Origin: Malacoraja senta
Taxonomy: Eukaryota
Assembly (NCBI GenBank): GCA_038087875.1
Contig: CM075986.1
Span: 16,864,001 to 16,928,000 of the forward strand
Reading direction: 5' to 3'
Length of the DNA: 64,000 nucleotides
In this document: positions 28,138 through 41,095 of the stretch, piece by piece
Layout: each line of letters starts with the position of its first letter
Position numbering within the stretch: the first letter of the stretch is position 1
The notes under the pieces: generated by a model
Told to the model about the DNA's origin: nothing
Seen by the model: the letters and a program-made list of their open reading frames with translations, nothing else
Databases searched by the model: none
Position numbers and translations under genes: made by a program

Positions 28138-28290
28138 GCAGAGAGGATATTTTCTGAAGTAAGGCGTATCGAAAGCTATCGAGTGGAAGGTATGGAGATT
28201 TATTCCACCACATTGTGGCACTTGCAGAAGGATGTCTCGCTTTCTCTCCTCTCCAAGGATCTGACCGAGATGGATAAAAATACCCCAGAG
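28138..28290 (+). CDS. CDC27: CDC27 exon 13 equivalent (followed by a GC donor)
   Basis: ttctag| ... gag|gcgagt, 153 bp; AERIFSEVRRIESYRVEGMEIYSTTLWHLQKDVSLSLLSKDLTEMDKNTPE. Confidence 0.95.
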
Positions 28291-28584
28291 GCGAGTTATT
28301 TTTCAATTTCTTCATAGGTATTTATTTTTTTTGTTCTATTTGGAATTAACCCGATGAAAAAGTAAATTGTGAAATGAATCCGAAGAGCATAAGAACGGTA
28401 GTGGACACCTGTCTAAAGCCTACGAGATCATAGAATAAGATCATCATTGATCTCAATCTGAAATTTACATTCCCCTTTGATCTCAATATACCATGTCATC
28501 AATATATTGTTTTTGTCCTTGAATACACTCCAATGATCATATCACTCTGTGGTAAAGAATCCCATATAAACACATTTCTACATG

Positions 28585-28718
28585 GTGAAACCAAAATGTA
28601 TAAAAATGGCCTTTATTAAAATCTGACAATGTGCACTTTGACCCCATGTGATTTTTTTTTTCTATTACAAATCTCAAATTGTGGAATACAGAGGCAAATA
28701 AATAAATGAAGGGCACTG
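28585..28718. mobile_element. Tc1/mariner terminal fragment
   Basis: AT-rich subterminal sequence ending gggcactg followed by TA. Confidence 0.5.
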
Positions 28719-29537
28719 TATGTCCTTGCGTTTTGTTTAGTTTAAACTACCTACAGCATGGTCTTGATCCAAAACGTCACCTATTCCTTCGCTTCATAGA
28801 TGCTTCCTCACCAGCATTTTTATCTACTTTCAATATTTCCAGCATCTGCAGTTCCTTCTTAAACATACAGCAAGGAATCATCACATTTGTTCCACCACAT
28901 GTTAACCTTATCTGAGTTCCTGATCTGGTCCCTGACATTTGCAGTTACTTTTGCACTTGATTAAAGTTTATTTGCATCTCTGTATCCGTCCTTAATCCTT
29001 TACCCTCTCGCACCTTGCAAATTTAATCCCATTTGCATCTGGTGTCTGATCGGCTTTCATTTACATAGAGCTGCAGATCTTTCATTTCGCCCCCCCCCCC
29101 TACTCCAACCCCCCTACACTCCATCATTCCAAAGCTCCGAACCTCTTCCTCTGGCTCCATTGTTCTGTTTATTTAGAATAAACTTATTGAGCCACCCTGA
29201 TTTAACTTGACCAATGCACTCTTTGTATATGGGCAGTGTTCAGAACAGCTCAAATTAAAGATATATCACCATTTTGCCAGCTCTGAATCTATTAGAGGAA
29301 ATCCACCTGATTAAAGTAATGGTGTCTATATGTAAAATGTCTCCTTGAGTATACAATATATGCTACTCTAGGCGATGAATCGAGGAATTCCAGATGTTAA
29401 ATTTATATTTAATATAAGAATGGAATTGTAAGAAATGTTGGTATGTTTGCTGGCTTTTTTTCTTTTGTTCATCGTTTGAACCTTCGGAATAGGTGCTACC
29501 AGTGTCGCTGTATTGAATTATTCTCTCCTCCTAACAG

Positions 29538-29746
29538 GCTTGGTGTGCAGCAGGGAATTGCTTCAGCTTGCAGCGAGAGCATGACATAGCAATCAAGTTC
29601 TTCCAGAGAGCCATTCAAGTCGATCCGAACTTTGCTTATGCATTCACTCTGCTTGGTCACGAGTTTGTATTGACAGAAGAGTTGGACAAAGCACTGGCAT
29701 GTTTCAGAAATGCAATTCGTGTAAACTCTCAGCACTATAATGCCTG
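29538..29746 (+). CDS. CDC27: CDC27 exon 14 equivalent
   Basis: taacag| ... tg|gtaagc, 209 bp; AWCAAGNCFSLQREHDIAIKFFQRAIQVDPNF...HYNAW. Confidence 0.97.
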
Positions 29747-30264
29747 GTAAGCACAGGTGCTGTATGTCTGGGCATAACTTCTAATGGGTAACTTCTAATA
29801 GGCTCTATCAACATTCCTTCCTCTGGCTTCACAATTCATAACTCTTGAATCCTTTTGTGTCTCACCGTTTTCATCTCTGGTCTTTGTCCAACCATCTGCC
29901 GATCAACCCCCCTCTTGCCTGTGTTCACTGCCATGCTTTGTACTGCCCCTCCTATTTTCTAGCTATCTTCCCCCACTCCCTATAAACAGTCTGAAAAGGG
30001 TCCTATGCATGTTCTCCAAGAATGCTGCCTGACCCACTGAGTTTCTCCAGCACTTTGTCTCTTTAGTTGATTCCTTACTGCCATCTGAAGTGACTAACAT
30101 ATCCCTGGTTGAATTTAAACCATTGGATTTATATGTTTTTGGAGTAAAACTGGACAGGCAGTATGTTCGTCTTCAAACAAATAATATCCTTGATTGTGAG
30201 ATAGACACAAAAATCTGGAGTAATTTAGCGGGACAGGCAGCATCTCTAGAGCGAAGGAATGGGT

Positions 30265-30292
30265 GACGTTTCGGGTCGAGACCCTTCTTCAG
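30265..30292 (-). ncRNA. Minimal hammerhead-ribozyme-like core in a Penelope-derived repeat (about 30200-30295)
   Basis: CUGAAGA-A-GGGU(CUCG)ACCC-GAAAC-GUC. Confidence 0.58.
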
Positions 30293-31000
30293 ACTTGATT
30301 GTGTTATGTGGCAGCACATTTGGTTAATATAGCAGTTGTAGAGAAATTGACTGCCACATTTTCTACTTTGTAATATTGGCTATACATGCATATAGTACTT
30401 GGATATTGTAGTTGTGAAAGGCAGAAAATATGTAAATGGTGACAAAATCTTCATAAAATTGATGAAGTAGTGCAAGAAGAAGCACTGACAAATTGACAAA
30501 TCTCGTAAGAGAAGGGGCACAAGAAATTTAATTTTAATGTGGAAGATGGAAGGTTTTAGTTGATCAAAGCAGCAACAATTGTGCTACGAGTGAAAGGGGG
30601 AAAGCATCTTGTGTTGGTGGGTGAGGGATGAATGTGTGATCGCATGGACTTGGTGGGCTGAAGAGCCTATTTCCTTTCTATATTTTTCAATCAATCAAAA
30701 CAAATGGTGGAAAGAACAGCTAAATTTAAGTCTAAAGAAGGGTCTCGACCTGAAACTTCACCTGTTCCTTCTCACCAGAGATGCTGACTGTCCCACTGAC
30801 TAACTCCAGCATTTTGTCTCTATCTTTGGTGTAAACCAGCATCTGCAGTTCCTTCCTTCCATGTTTAAGATTTGTTTGTAGGATTTGGTATATAAAGGTT
30901 TAGAAGTCGAGGCAGAAACAGGACTTGCATGATAATACTGCTCGGTCCCATCTGCAAAAATGATCCCACATTTTGCGTTGGCTGCCTCTGTCAGCTAAGC

Positions 31001-31059
31001 ATTTGCTATCATCGGTCTGGGTATTGAATACAGCAATACCCTGACTGATGATAGTAAAT
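31001..31059 (+). repeat. 26-bp inverted repeat, 7-nt loop
   Basis: atttgctatcatcggtctgggtattg-aatacag-caataccctgactgatgatagtaaat. Confidence 0.9.
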
Positions 31060-31870
31060 ACTAAATGTAGAAGTCATTGGTGAGAACACACTTGGAGTAT
31101 TGTGTGCAGTTCTTGTTGCCCATCTATAGGAATGATGTCATTAAGCTGGAAAAGATACAGAAAAGATTTACAAGGATCTTATTGGGACTAGTGGGTTAAA
31201 GGAGATGCTGGTTAGGCTGGGACTATTTTCCCTGGAGCAAGAAGGTTGATGGGTGATGTAATTTTTTTTAATTTAAATTAAAAAATTTAAATCATGAGGG
31301 ATGTAGATAATGTGAACGGTCAGTCTTGTCATCCTGGGTAGGGGAGTCTAAGACTAGAGGACATAGGTTTAAGGGGGAAATTTAAAGGAGATTTAAAGAT
31401 TTGCGGGGCATTTTCTTTCCACAGAGGGCAGTGAGTAAATGGAATGAGTTGCCAGTGGAAGTGGTAAAGGCATGTACAATTATGACATTTAAAAGATGTT
31501 TGGATGTATGTTGATAGGAAAGATTTGGAGGGATATGGTCCATGCATAGAAAAGGTAACTAGACAGTCTTTCCCCTGCAGTAAGGGGAGTCTAAAATTGG
31601 AGGATGTAGGTTTAAGGGGAAAGGCTTAAAAGGGACCTTGGAGGCAAATTTTTCAAACTTTTCTCGCAGATGATGGGCATATGGAACGATCTACTCGAGG
31701 AAATAGTGGGACTGGGTACAATTACATTAAAAAGAGGTTTGGACTGGAAAGTGTATAGAAAAGGTTTAGTAGGGTATAACCAAACTCTGGCAGATGGGAC
31801 TAGGTCAGACAGATATCTTGCATGGCATGGACATGTTGGGCCAAAGGGCCTGTTTCCATGCCATAGAACT
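31010..31870 (+). mobile_element. CR1 3' fragments (tandem mosaic)
   Basis: cacttggagtattgtgtgcagttc RT C-terminus and repeated CR1 tails. Confidence 0.75.
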
Positions 31871-34074
31871 GTTTCTAAGAAACTACTGGAAATTACAAAT
31901 ATTTCATTTAATGAGTGGTTACTAATGAGGAGGAAAGTTTGCAACTTCAAGATTATATGGATGAACAAGTAAATTGGGCAGACAAGTGGCAAATTGGATT
32001 TAATCCAAAGTGGTACATTTGGGGAGGTCAATCTCAGCAAGGGAATAAAAGATGGAGGATATATTAAGTGGTCTGTTGGAACGTAGATATGTTGGAATGG
32101 ATGTATTCAGATATACTGGATGACTTTCGAGTCAAGTATGTGTTCACATATCACCATGCTCTGCTACCCTGTAGAACTTGGCAACATTCCTTACACTTGA
32201 AATAATGTCTCATTGAAAGTGATAGAATTTCATAATTCCGGAGGCTGATTTGCCATGAATTCTAACTAATGTTATACCAGCTGTCAAATATAGAGGCCAA
32301 ATTGCAGTCACAGCAAAGCCAGAGAGCAATCGGCAAGACTCAAATATAGCAATGTATTGAAAGGGAAGAATCTTTTTGGAATGTTGAAATACGCTTTGAC
32401 TAAATTTATTTGAACAATTTCTAAATATACATTGTACAGGTCATATGCAATATCCGTTCTGGTCTTCTCTAATAACTCTCTTCCAGTTGCTGATTATATT
32501 GCAGCAAAAGGAATATTCTGGATAACTGCCTGAGATTCTTATTTCCCGTCTTGGTAGAACAAGGAACTGCAGATACTGGTTTACTAAAAAAGTCACACAG
32601 TGCAGGAGTAACTCAGTGGGTCAATCAGTATCCCTGGAGAACATGGATAGGAGAGGTTTTAGGTCAAAATGTCACACCACCATGTTCTCCAGAGATTCGG
32701 CTTCACCCGCTGAGTTTCTCCAGCACTTTGGCTTTTCCTGTCCTGGTGTCTGATTGACAGATTCTGCATTTAGCAGTTCCAAAGATGCCCGCAGTTAGAA
32801 AATTCCTCTAGAAACATCTGTGATTGGTGTTTGAAATCACAACCTGATTGCATTTGGTCTTGCCAGGATGAAACCCACCAGAGGGCTGGAAACAGTGGGA
32901 GAGACTACCTAAACTTCTGCCCCATGAAGTTGTTATATTGTCAGACATCAGCAAGGAGCCCTCGTCCTCATTGCCATCCACCATCCTCTTTCGGTTGATG
33001 AATCAGTGCTGCTCTATATGAACAACTCTTGGAAGAAGTGCTGAAAGTAGTGATGGCACAGAATGATCTCTGAGAAGGGGTGCTTATCACCAAAAATTGT
33101 TTTAAGGCCTGAAAGGCATAGAGGCCAGATGAGGCTGGTAGTGAGTGAACCAACAGGAGGGACACTATCAATAACACAACACAATCTACAAACTTACCAA
33201 TCGTATCTCCTACAAATCATCAAATAGCAAAGATCCCAGTACCCGGCCCCCTTGATACACTGCTGGTCACTGACTTGCAATCACAAAAGTAACCCTTCAT
33301 TATTACCTTCTGTATCCCATGGCCAAGTCAACCTGGGATCCAATTTTCCAACTTACATTTGAACCTATTGGCTTTAACCTTTTGGACCAGTCTTCCTCGT
33401 GGGACCTTGTCAAAGGCCCTACCCTAATGCATGTATAGTATCCATCATCTCCCTTGCATCACATGGCAGCTTGAGATGCATCTGTTCATGCTTTGGGGAT
33501 TTATCCACTATTATGCCTGCTAACCTAAGCATCAGCAGCAGCAAAAAGGTGCACTGCCACAATCTGTAACCTTACCGTCCATTATGTCCCTCATTTTCAT
33601 GATCAGGTGACAGCAATAACTCTGGTTCAATGAGGAATGAAAGGCAGCACTCGAGTGTACCTAAAAATGAGAAGCCAATCTGGTTAAGCTGCATGCTGGG
33701 TTCACGCTTGCGCCAGACAGCAACATAGGAAACTGTAGGCAGCCATGAAATCTTAAAATTGATGGATTAGATCAATGATGCTTCAGATCAGTCTGAAGAA
33801 GGATTTTGACCCAAAACATCACCCATTCCTTCTCTCCAGAGATGCTGCCTGTCCCGCTGAGTTACTCCAGCATTTTGTGTCTACCAGCATCTGCAGTTCT
33901 TTCCTACTCGGGTCAATTATACAAGCAGACTTAGTGCATAAATAGCCTGTATATCTAGTTGTGAAAGATGGTAGATGATTACAAAGTTAATGGGAGGAAG
34001 ACTCTTCCTGAATATCCCCATCCATGATGGTGGAGCCAAACATGTAAAAGCAGAAGAGAACATTTGGACAGATA

Positions 34075-34500
34075 CAATACAATACAATACAATTTTATTT
34101 GTCTTTTGGACAAATTTGTCATTTGGACCCCTTGAGGTCCAAACGAAATGTCGTTTCTGCAGCCATACATTACAAAACGAAAAAAGACCCGAGACACAAC
34201 ACAATTTACACATCCATCCATCACAGCGCTGTGATGGAAGGCAAAAAAACGTATCTTTCCACTGCACTCCCTCCCCCCCCCTTCCCCGATGTCAGAGTCA
34301 AAGTCAAAGCCCCCAGCGGGCGATGGTGATTATCCCGCGGCCATTAAAGCCACGCCGGTTAATGCAAGGGTCACGCACCGGGTCTTGGTGTTAGAGCCCC
34401 GGCGCGCGCTCGCAAAGTCCGGCGGCCATTCCAAGCCGAGTGGGGGGATAAAGCCCCGCTCCAGGTGCTCTTCAACCCCGCAACTCGGGCGGGAGAATAC
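34075..34500 (-). mobile_element. Young GC-rich retroelement 3' end inserted into a CR1 tail
   Basis: (ttgta)n tail on -, terminal stem-loop; interrupts catttggacagatac|atgaataggaaa with a short atac(a) duplication. Confidence 0.7.
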
Positions 34501-35335
34501 ATGAATAGGAAATGTTTAGAGGGATATGGGCGAAATGCAGGCAGGTGGGACAAGTGTGGGTGGGGTATGGTGGTTGGAGTGGGCACGTTGGGCTGAAGAG
34601 CCTGTTTCCATGCTGTATTACTTTTTGACCATGCTTGTTGATTGCTAAAGCAGAAGGCTGAAACATTTGCAACCATGTTCAGCCAAAGATCTGAATGTGT
34701 AATGATCTATCTCTGGTTCCTGCTGAGATCCTCACTGTTCCAAAACACAGTCTTCAAATAACTTGATTCACTGGAACAGCTTTAAACATAGGTTAAGGCT
34801 GGAGAGGTAGATGACAGTTCAGCAGTGGCACTGACGATGTGCACTCAGCAACCAGCTGCACCATAAACCATGATGTTGCAGTACGGTACAGTTACAACAC
34901 TGGCATTCCAGGGCTGTAGTGAGAGAGGCTGCCCTTGACGTCAAGGCAGCATTTCATCAACTGTGGGATCAATGAGCCCTCGTCATTGGTCATCAAGGGA
35001 TTTGAAAGCCAACAGTTGGAGTCATATCTCTTGCAAAGTTGAAGTTTTCCTCATGTGAACCATCCCTCTCTGCCTTTCCCATTCTTATTGCCATAAACAT
35101 CCATTTTTTCACCTGCTTGTTGTCCATATGACCAAATGTACACTCATTTTTTGTTTGTGCTTAGATGGTGAGGGTTTCAACTAATTTGTACAATTCTGTT
35201 GCACAGGTAAACCAAACTTTTAGAGCAAAAGACTTTAACGGAAAAGATAAACAACAAACCCAAGTGCTGTTGTCCCCCAAGTCTGTAATGCCCTCTGAAA
35301 CAGAGAATGAGGCTTGTCGTTTTCTCTCCCTGCAG

Positions 35336-35453
35336 GTATGGTTTGGGGATGATCTACTATAAGCAAGAGAAGTTCAACCTAGCAGAAATTCATTTTCAAA
35401 AGGCTCTTAATATCAACCCCCAAAGTTCTGTGTTGTTGTGCCACATTGGTGTG
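35336..35453 (+). CDS. CDC27: CDC27 exon 15 equivalent
   Basis: ctgcag| ... gtg|gtaagt, 118 bp; YGLGMIYYKQEKFNLAEIHFQKALNINPQSSVLLCHIGV. Confidence 0.97.
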
Positions 35454-36079
35454 GTAAGTAAACAAAAAACACAGGGTTTTCCTTGTTGGTGCTGAATTCC
35501 CTTACTCTTGTTCTCCACCATGTTCTATTTTGAAGCAAATGTAATCTCTTGCAGCATTGATCTTTTCCTTTTGAATGTACACTACCACACCCAAGTGACC
35601 ATGGCTAGCGTGTGCATAATTGTTTTGGCAAGAATAGAGCCTTGCTTATTGTGGTCATTGCTGCTAACAATTGTTGGTTAGACTGACTTGTCAAGGGTAT
35701 TTGCTAGAATGTGCTACCACCTGTTCCAAGTCCAGAACAGCACCATTTTTTTAAACCTGTATTGTCATTGACAAGAAGAGACACTAAATATTTATTTATT
35801 GTTTGCACTCGATATGCAATTGTAATAATTAGTGCCGAGCGGTATTGCACTGTGATGGGTAAATAAAATGTTTAAGAAAGAACTGCAGATGCTGGAAAAA
35901 TTGAAGGTATACAAAAATGCTGGAGAAACTCAGCAGGTGAGCAGCATAATTCATTTGCTCCGGAGATGCTCCAGCATTTTTGTCTACCTGTGATGGGTAA
36001 AGTTATTTGGGCCATAAGTGACAGTTATTACAAGCAATTCAGATAAAAATGAGTTCAATCCTTTGGATTTAGTAACAGA

Positions 36080-37370
36080 ACTGCTAAATTATCAAAGATT
36101 AGTAAGTTTACAGGTGACACTGAAATAGCTGGTATAGTGAAATGATTATCAAGAATTACGACAGGTTCATGATCAGCAGGGCAAGTTGGCCGACAAATGG
36201 CTAATGGAGTTTAATTTGGTTTGTTGAGGGTAGGGCAGAGAATGTTGTCTACGTGGATTTTAGTAAGGTATTTGATAAAGTCCCTCATAGGAGGCTGATT
36301 CAGAAGATTGAGATGAATGGGATTAGAGTATTAACTTTCAGGGTAGGTTGGACCAACTTGGATTTTCCAAAAGTGGAAATGCCAAAGACCAGAGTGTAAA
36401 TCTTTAAGGAGAGAGGGCCAATATTTAAAGGAGATGTGCAGGAGTAGTTTTTTTTTAAAACAGTGGTGGGTACCTGGAACGTGTTGCTATGGGGTAGTGG
36501 TGCAGACAGATACGACAGTGGCCATTAAGAAGCTTTTGGAAGGGCACATGAATATGCAGGGAATGGTGAAATATGTGCCGGCAGAGGAAATTGGTTTCAT
36601 CTGCCATCATGTTTGGCATAAACATTGTGGGCTAAAGACCTGTTCTTTGTGCTGTGCTGTGTTGTACAGTTCTATGTTAAGAGTGAGTTGTTGCATTTTA
36701 GGATGTCAAACCAGGACAGGGCATTCACAGTAAATGATTGGGCCCTGGGGATTGTTGTAAAGCAGAGGGATCTAGCAGTATAAGCACATGGTTCCCTGCA
36801 TGTGTATCACAGGTAGATATGTGATGGAGGCTTTTGGCATGCTGGACTTCATCAGTCAGAGAATTAAGTATGGATGTTGGGACATTTGTTACAAGACATT
36901 GGTGAGGCCACACTTGGGGAATTGTGTACTGTTTTGGTCACCTGCTATGGGAATGATGCTGAATACTCTCTGAATGCTGATGCTGAATAAAGGTTAATAC
37001 TCTCTGATCCAGGCAGCATTTTAGTAAACCTCTTCTGTATCCTCTCAAAAGCCTCCACATCCTTCCTATAATGGGGCGAGCAGAACTGAACACACCACTC
37101 CAAATGCAGCCTAACCAAAGTTCCATAAAGATGGGGGGGGGGTCACACAGAGGGTAATGGGTATATGAAACAAGCTTTTAGAGGAATTGGTTGATGTGGG
37201 TACTATAAATAGCTTTTAAAAGATACTTGGACAGTTAAAGTATAGGAAAGGTTTAGACAGATTTGAGCCAAACACGGGCAAAAGGGACACTAGCTTAGAT
37301 GGGGCATCTTGGTCAGCATTGCCAAGTCAGGCCCAAGGGCCTGTTTCCATGCTGTATGATTGACTATGAC
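36080..37370 (+). mobile_element. CR1 mosaic with an inverted piece at about 36990-37130
   Basis: YKTLVRPHLGNCVLFWSP on +, equivalent motif on -, CR1 tails. Confidence 0.7.
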
Positions 37371-37916
37371 AACTGGTGACAAAGTCGAAAATGTCTACCT
37401 TTTTTTAAAAACAAGTTTTGAACAAACAAAGTTTATATTTAATGATTCACCCACCCATTCCTTATGTCCTTGTGGGGCTGTCTGATGCTGATCAGAATGT
37501 TGCCAGAAATTTGAAATGGAACTCTACTGGGGAGTATTCTACATTTGACTTTGGCTGGATAGTTATCCAGTATGTCAACAAATTTCCAGTTGCATTTACA
37601 ATAAGGTTCTAGTTGTGTTTCCTTTCAGAGGAGTAATACTTGGGGGCCCCTAGTGTTGCAAAGCATTTTGAAAGAGTCACTTATTATGTCGACTAACATA
37701 GCAGTAGATTTGATTAACAGCAGACAAGGCAAATAAATAGTCTGTTTGGCTGTGATCAGAATGTGCATGCCACCCTTTCCTTGAATGTCAGGCATTGAAC
37801 ATTTGGTTGGATGCTAGATGTAGCTTGTTCTTTTAATAAAAATATAGAGAACTCTGAACTTGCTCCTACCGATTGGATAATGAAGCAAACGGATGCTCAT
37901 GTGGTTTATTTTCTAG

Positions 37917-38045
37917 GTCCAGCATGCATTAAAGAAATCCGAGAGTGCACTTGAAACACTAAATAAAGCCATAAGTATTGATCCCAAAAATCCCCTATGC
38001 AAATTCCATCGAGCCTCCATTTTATTTGCAAATGAGAAGTATAAG
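37917..38045 (+). CDS. CDC27: CDC27 exon 16 equivalent
   Basis: ttctag| ... aag|gtaagt, 129 bp; VQHALKKSESALETLNKAISIDPKNPLCKFHRASILFANEKYK. Confidence 0.97.
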
Positions 38046-38143
38046 GTAAGTGAGCTGTCGTTGGGTATCGTACAATACATTCTGATATACTGAGAAGTTG
38101 TGGTTTCAACATACAGTGATGTCTCTACTCTCTTTTTCATTAG

Positions 38144-38218
38144 GCAGCTTTGCAGGAGCTTGAAGAACTAAAACAAATCGTTCCCAAAGAGTCACTTGTT
38201 TACTTTCTAATAGGAAAG
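38144..38218 (+). CDS. CDC27: CDC27 exon 17 equivalent
   Basis: cattag| ... aag|gtaaga, 75 bp; AALQELEELKQIVPKESLVYFLIGK. Confidence 0.97.
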
Positions 38219-40079
38219 GTAAGAGATTTGACTTCCCTACTATTCAGAAACCTACATTTAGACAGTTCTTACTCAGAAACTCAATATTTCCTAGTTATAA
38301 GGTCTTGCATTAACATTATTTCGCTATCCATGGAGAATTTTGGTGATAGTCTCCAGGTGATAAGACTTGGGCTTTGTTGAATACAAAAAGTCCAAATGTG
38401 AGGCTGCAAAGAAATAAATGGGAAACAATTGTATTCATTTTCATGTTTATGAAGATCAAGGCAACCTGGTGTCCAAAAGGTAGTGAACAACCTGCCTGCT
38501 GCTGATGTCTTGCAGAAAAGTACCTCAAAGCAGGGTCAATAATAATTGATGTTTTTGTTATCTCCTTCTTCCAAAAACCTGGACACCAGGCCCTCCTCTG
38601 TTCTGCCAGCCTTTGCAATATTATCCTCCTTCTGGAACAAACAATAACATGCTGGAGGGAAGTGGAGGCAAAAGGTGCAAGTCGATGTTTCTGGTCAACC
38701 GACCGACAGTCAAATGACTGAGAGGGAAGAGGAACGATTACCAGAATATAGTAGAAGAGGGAATGTAGAGTTAATTGTCATGTATACTGGCAAGAGAACA
38801 ATGACATTTTTACTTGCTGCAATTTGTTGCAATAATGTAAAGATAAATGTATAATATTCAACACTGCAACGTTCTCTGTTTTGAAAGAAGCATGAAACGG
38901 GATGATAGGGTTTAGGTGGAACCAGATGGATAGGGAAAGGCATGTTGGGCAGATTCCATAATGTCAACATACATCTTTTCCTTCCACAGATGCTGCTTGA
39001 CCTGCTTCTTTCTTCCAGTATTTTTTTTGTTCCAGACTAGTATCTGCAGTCTCTTTTTGAATTTACCTGCCCTTTAGCTTTGTTGTCCCCTTTCAAGCTA
39101 TGTGTTCAATTGCTGTTGCAAATGTTGGCTTTTGCTCAGGGATAATATTCATCTAAAGTCACAGGTTGTGTCAAAACCTACTGCAGAGACTTGAATCCAC
39201 AATCCAGGATGATATTCCAGTTCTCTGCTGAGTGGGTACTGCACAATCACAAATTCGCTTTCTCAAATGACAACTTAAAAACAGATCCTAGACTGGCATT
39301 GGTAAAATGGATTCAGTTTGCTTATTTTATTTCTTGTTGTCTTTGGACTTTTGTGCAGAAAGTGGTGACTTGATTTTCCACATTATAATGGTTACACAGC
39401 TGAAGTATTTTGGCTGGACAGTGGGTCTAAAACGTAGAGACAAATTTATTAATTTCTCTGTAATATTATACATCAATACAGCACATTGCTTTTGACTATA
39501 TTTCTTAATATTTGATAAAACATGAACTTTCTTTATAAATTAATGTAGCGATTTCCCAAGTGTTTTATTTAATCTTGTCACAGATTCAAAAATGGTTTGT
39601 TTCCTCTCCGTTCTGCTGCAGGGTCTCAAGCTGAAATGTCCAACAACCTTTCCATTTACAGATGTTGCTCAACATTGCAGAGGGTTATTTGTTGGTCTAA
39701 TTTATTCTTTACTCATTTATTTATTCATTTTCATATTGTCTGGATATTCGGTTTTATTTCTATATTTCACTCTTTTTCCTTCTTGGCCTCCATTTTATCT
39801 GTTCTCTACCTAACAAGAACATTTTATTCCTGCCATATTTTCTGGTATGTTGGGATGTAGCTTTAAAAGTTTCTCATTGTTGGTTTCAATTATTTTCCTA
39901 CTTATCGACATTGATTGTTCCAGTTTACCTACCAGAACCTTTTCCTTGTTCAATTTTTTTCTGGTCTCCTTTTAAAGTATTTTTACTCTATATTCCAATA
40001 CCTTTGTTATCTCCCTGGATATGGTTCTACTCTTCCTTTTACCTCATAGACACTTGGAGCCATATATATATAGTCATGC

Positions 40080-40525
40080 ATCACAAAAACAGGTCCTTCG
40101 GCACACAATGTTCATTTGACCAAATTCATTTACCAGTATTTGGTATGTTGTTTACTATTCCTTGACAATTCGATAGCTTACCCAGATGCTGCACAAATGT
40201 TGTGAGAATCTGCTTTCACCATCTTCTCAGGCGTTTTTTTTTTTCAGTTTCCTCCACCTGCTGCGTGGAAAATAAATCTTCCTCCGATCTCCTCTAAATC
40301 TCTCACTTCTCCTCTGGAATCTGTGCTTCCTGGTCTTGGACTCCTCTCCCATAAGGGAAATGTTTCTTGCTCTTTACCCTATCTATGCCTCTCATAATGT
40401 TGCACACCCCCAACAGGTCCAACCGCAGCCTCTGCTGCTCCAAGCAAAATAAATCCAGCCTATCCAGCCTCTTTACATAATTTAACATTTGATTCCAGGT
40501 AACGTACTGGTGAATCTCCTCTTTC
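40080..40525 (-). mobile_element. CR1 3' fragment
   Basis: NYVKRLDRLDLFCLEQQRLRLDL...IMRGIDRV. Confidence 0.75.
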
Positions 40526-40938
40526 AAATGTTGGCAACATAGTGGTTCCTTATGTGTTCGATTTACTGGGTCAGAAATAATCTAAATACATTTTAAACTT
40601 CATTCTTTCTCCTGCATAACTGTTTGTATATAATTTTAAATAATGATTTTATTTTAAATAATTCACAATAATTCTTTTATGATGCATCACGTTTCACTTT
40701 GGCCTGCAGCCAAAGTGTAGACCCAAATAATGTGACTAATCTCTTTTTTCCCTTTGTCTTATTTCAGATTATCTTTTGTGTAGTTTTGTTTTCTTTGAAT
40801 TGCTATTGGTATATCGCTTAACACATCGATTGCAATTCAAAGGTTAAAGCAGATCAGGGTTTCTGTCCCCACATGTGTATTCGAATGATTGTAATGCTTT
40901 TTATGATCTTAAAAGCAGAGTGCTGTTTTTATCAACAG

Positions 40939-41095
40939 GTGTACAAGAAATTAGGGCAGACACACCTGGCTCTGATGAATTTCTCCTGGGCCATGGATCT
41001 TGACCCAAAGGGAGCCAACAACCAGATCAAAGAGGCTATTGACAAGCGTTACCTACCAGACGATGAGGAACCTGTAACAAATGATGGGCAGCACA
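40939..41095 (+). CDS. CDC27: CDC27 exon 18 equivalent
   Basis: caacag| ... a|gtgagg, 157 bp; VYKKLGQTHLALMNFSWAMDLDPKGANNQIKEAIDKRYLPDDEEP. Confidence 0.96.

Noticed and set aside
27890-28315. 141-aa ORF on -
   Set aside because: Antisense shadow of CDC27 exon 13
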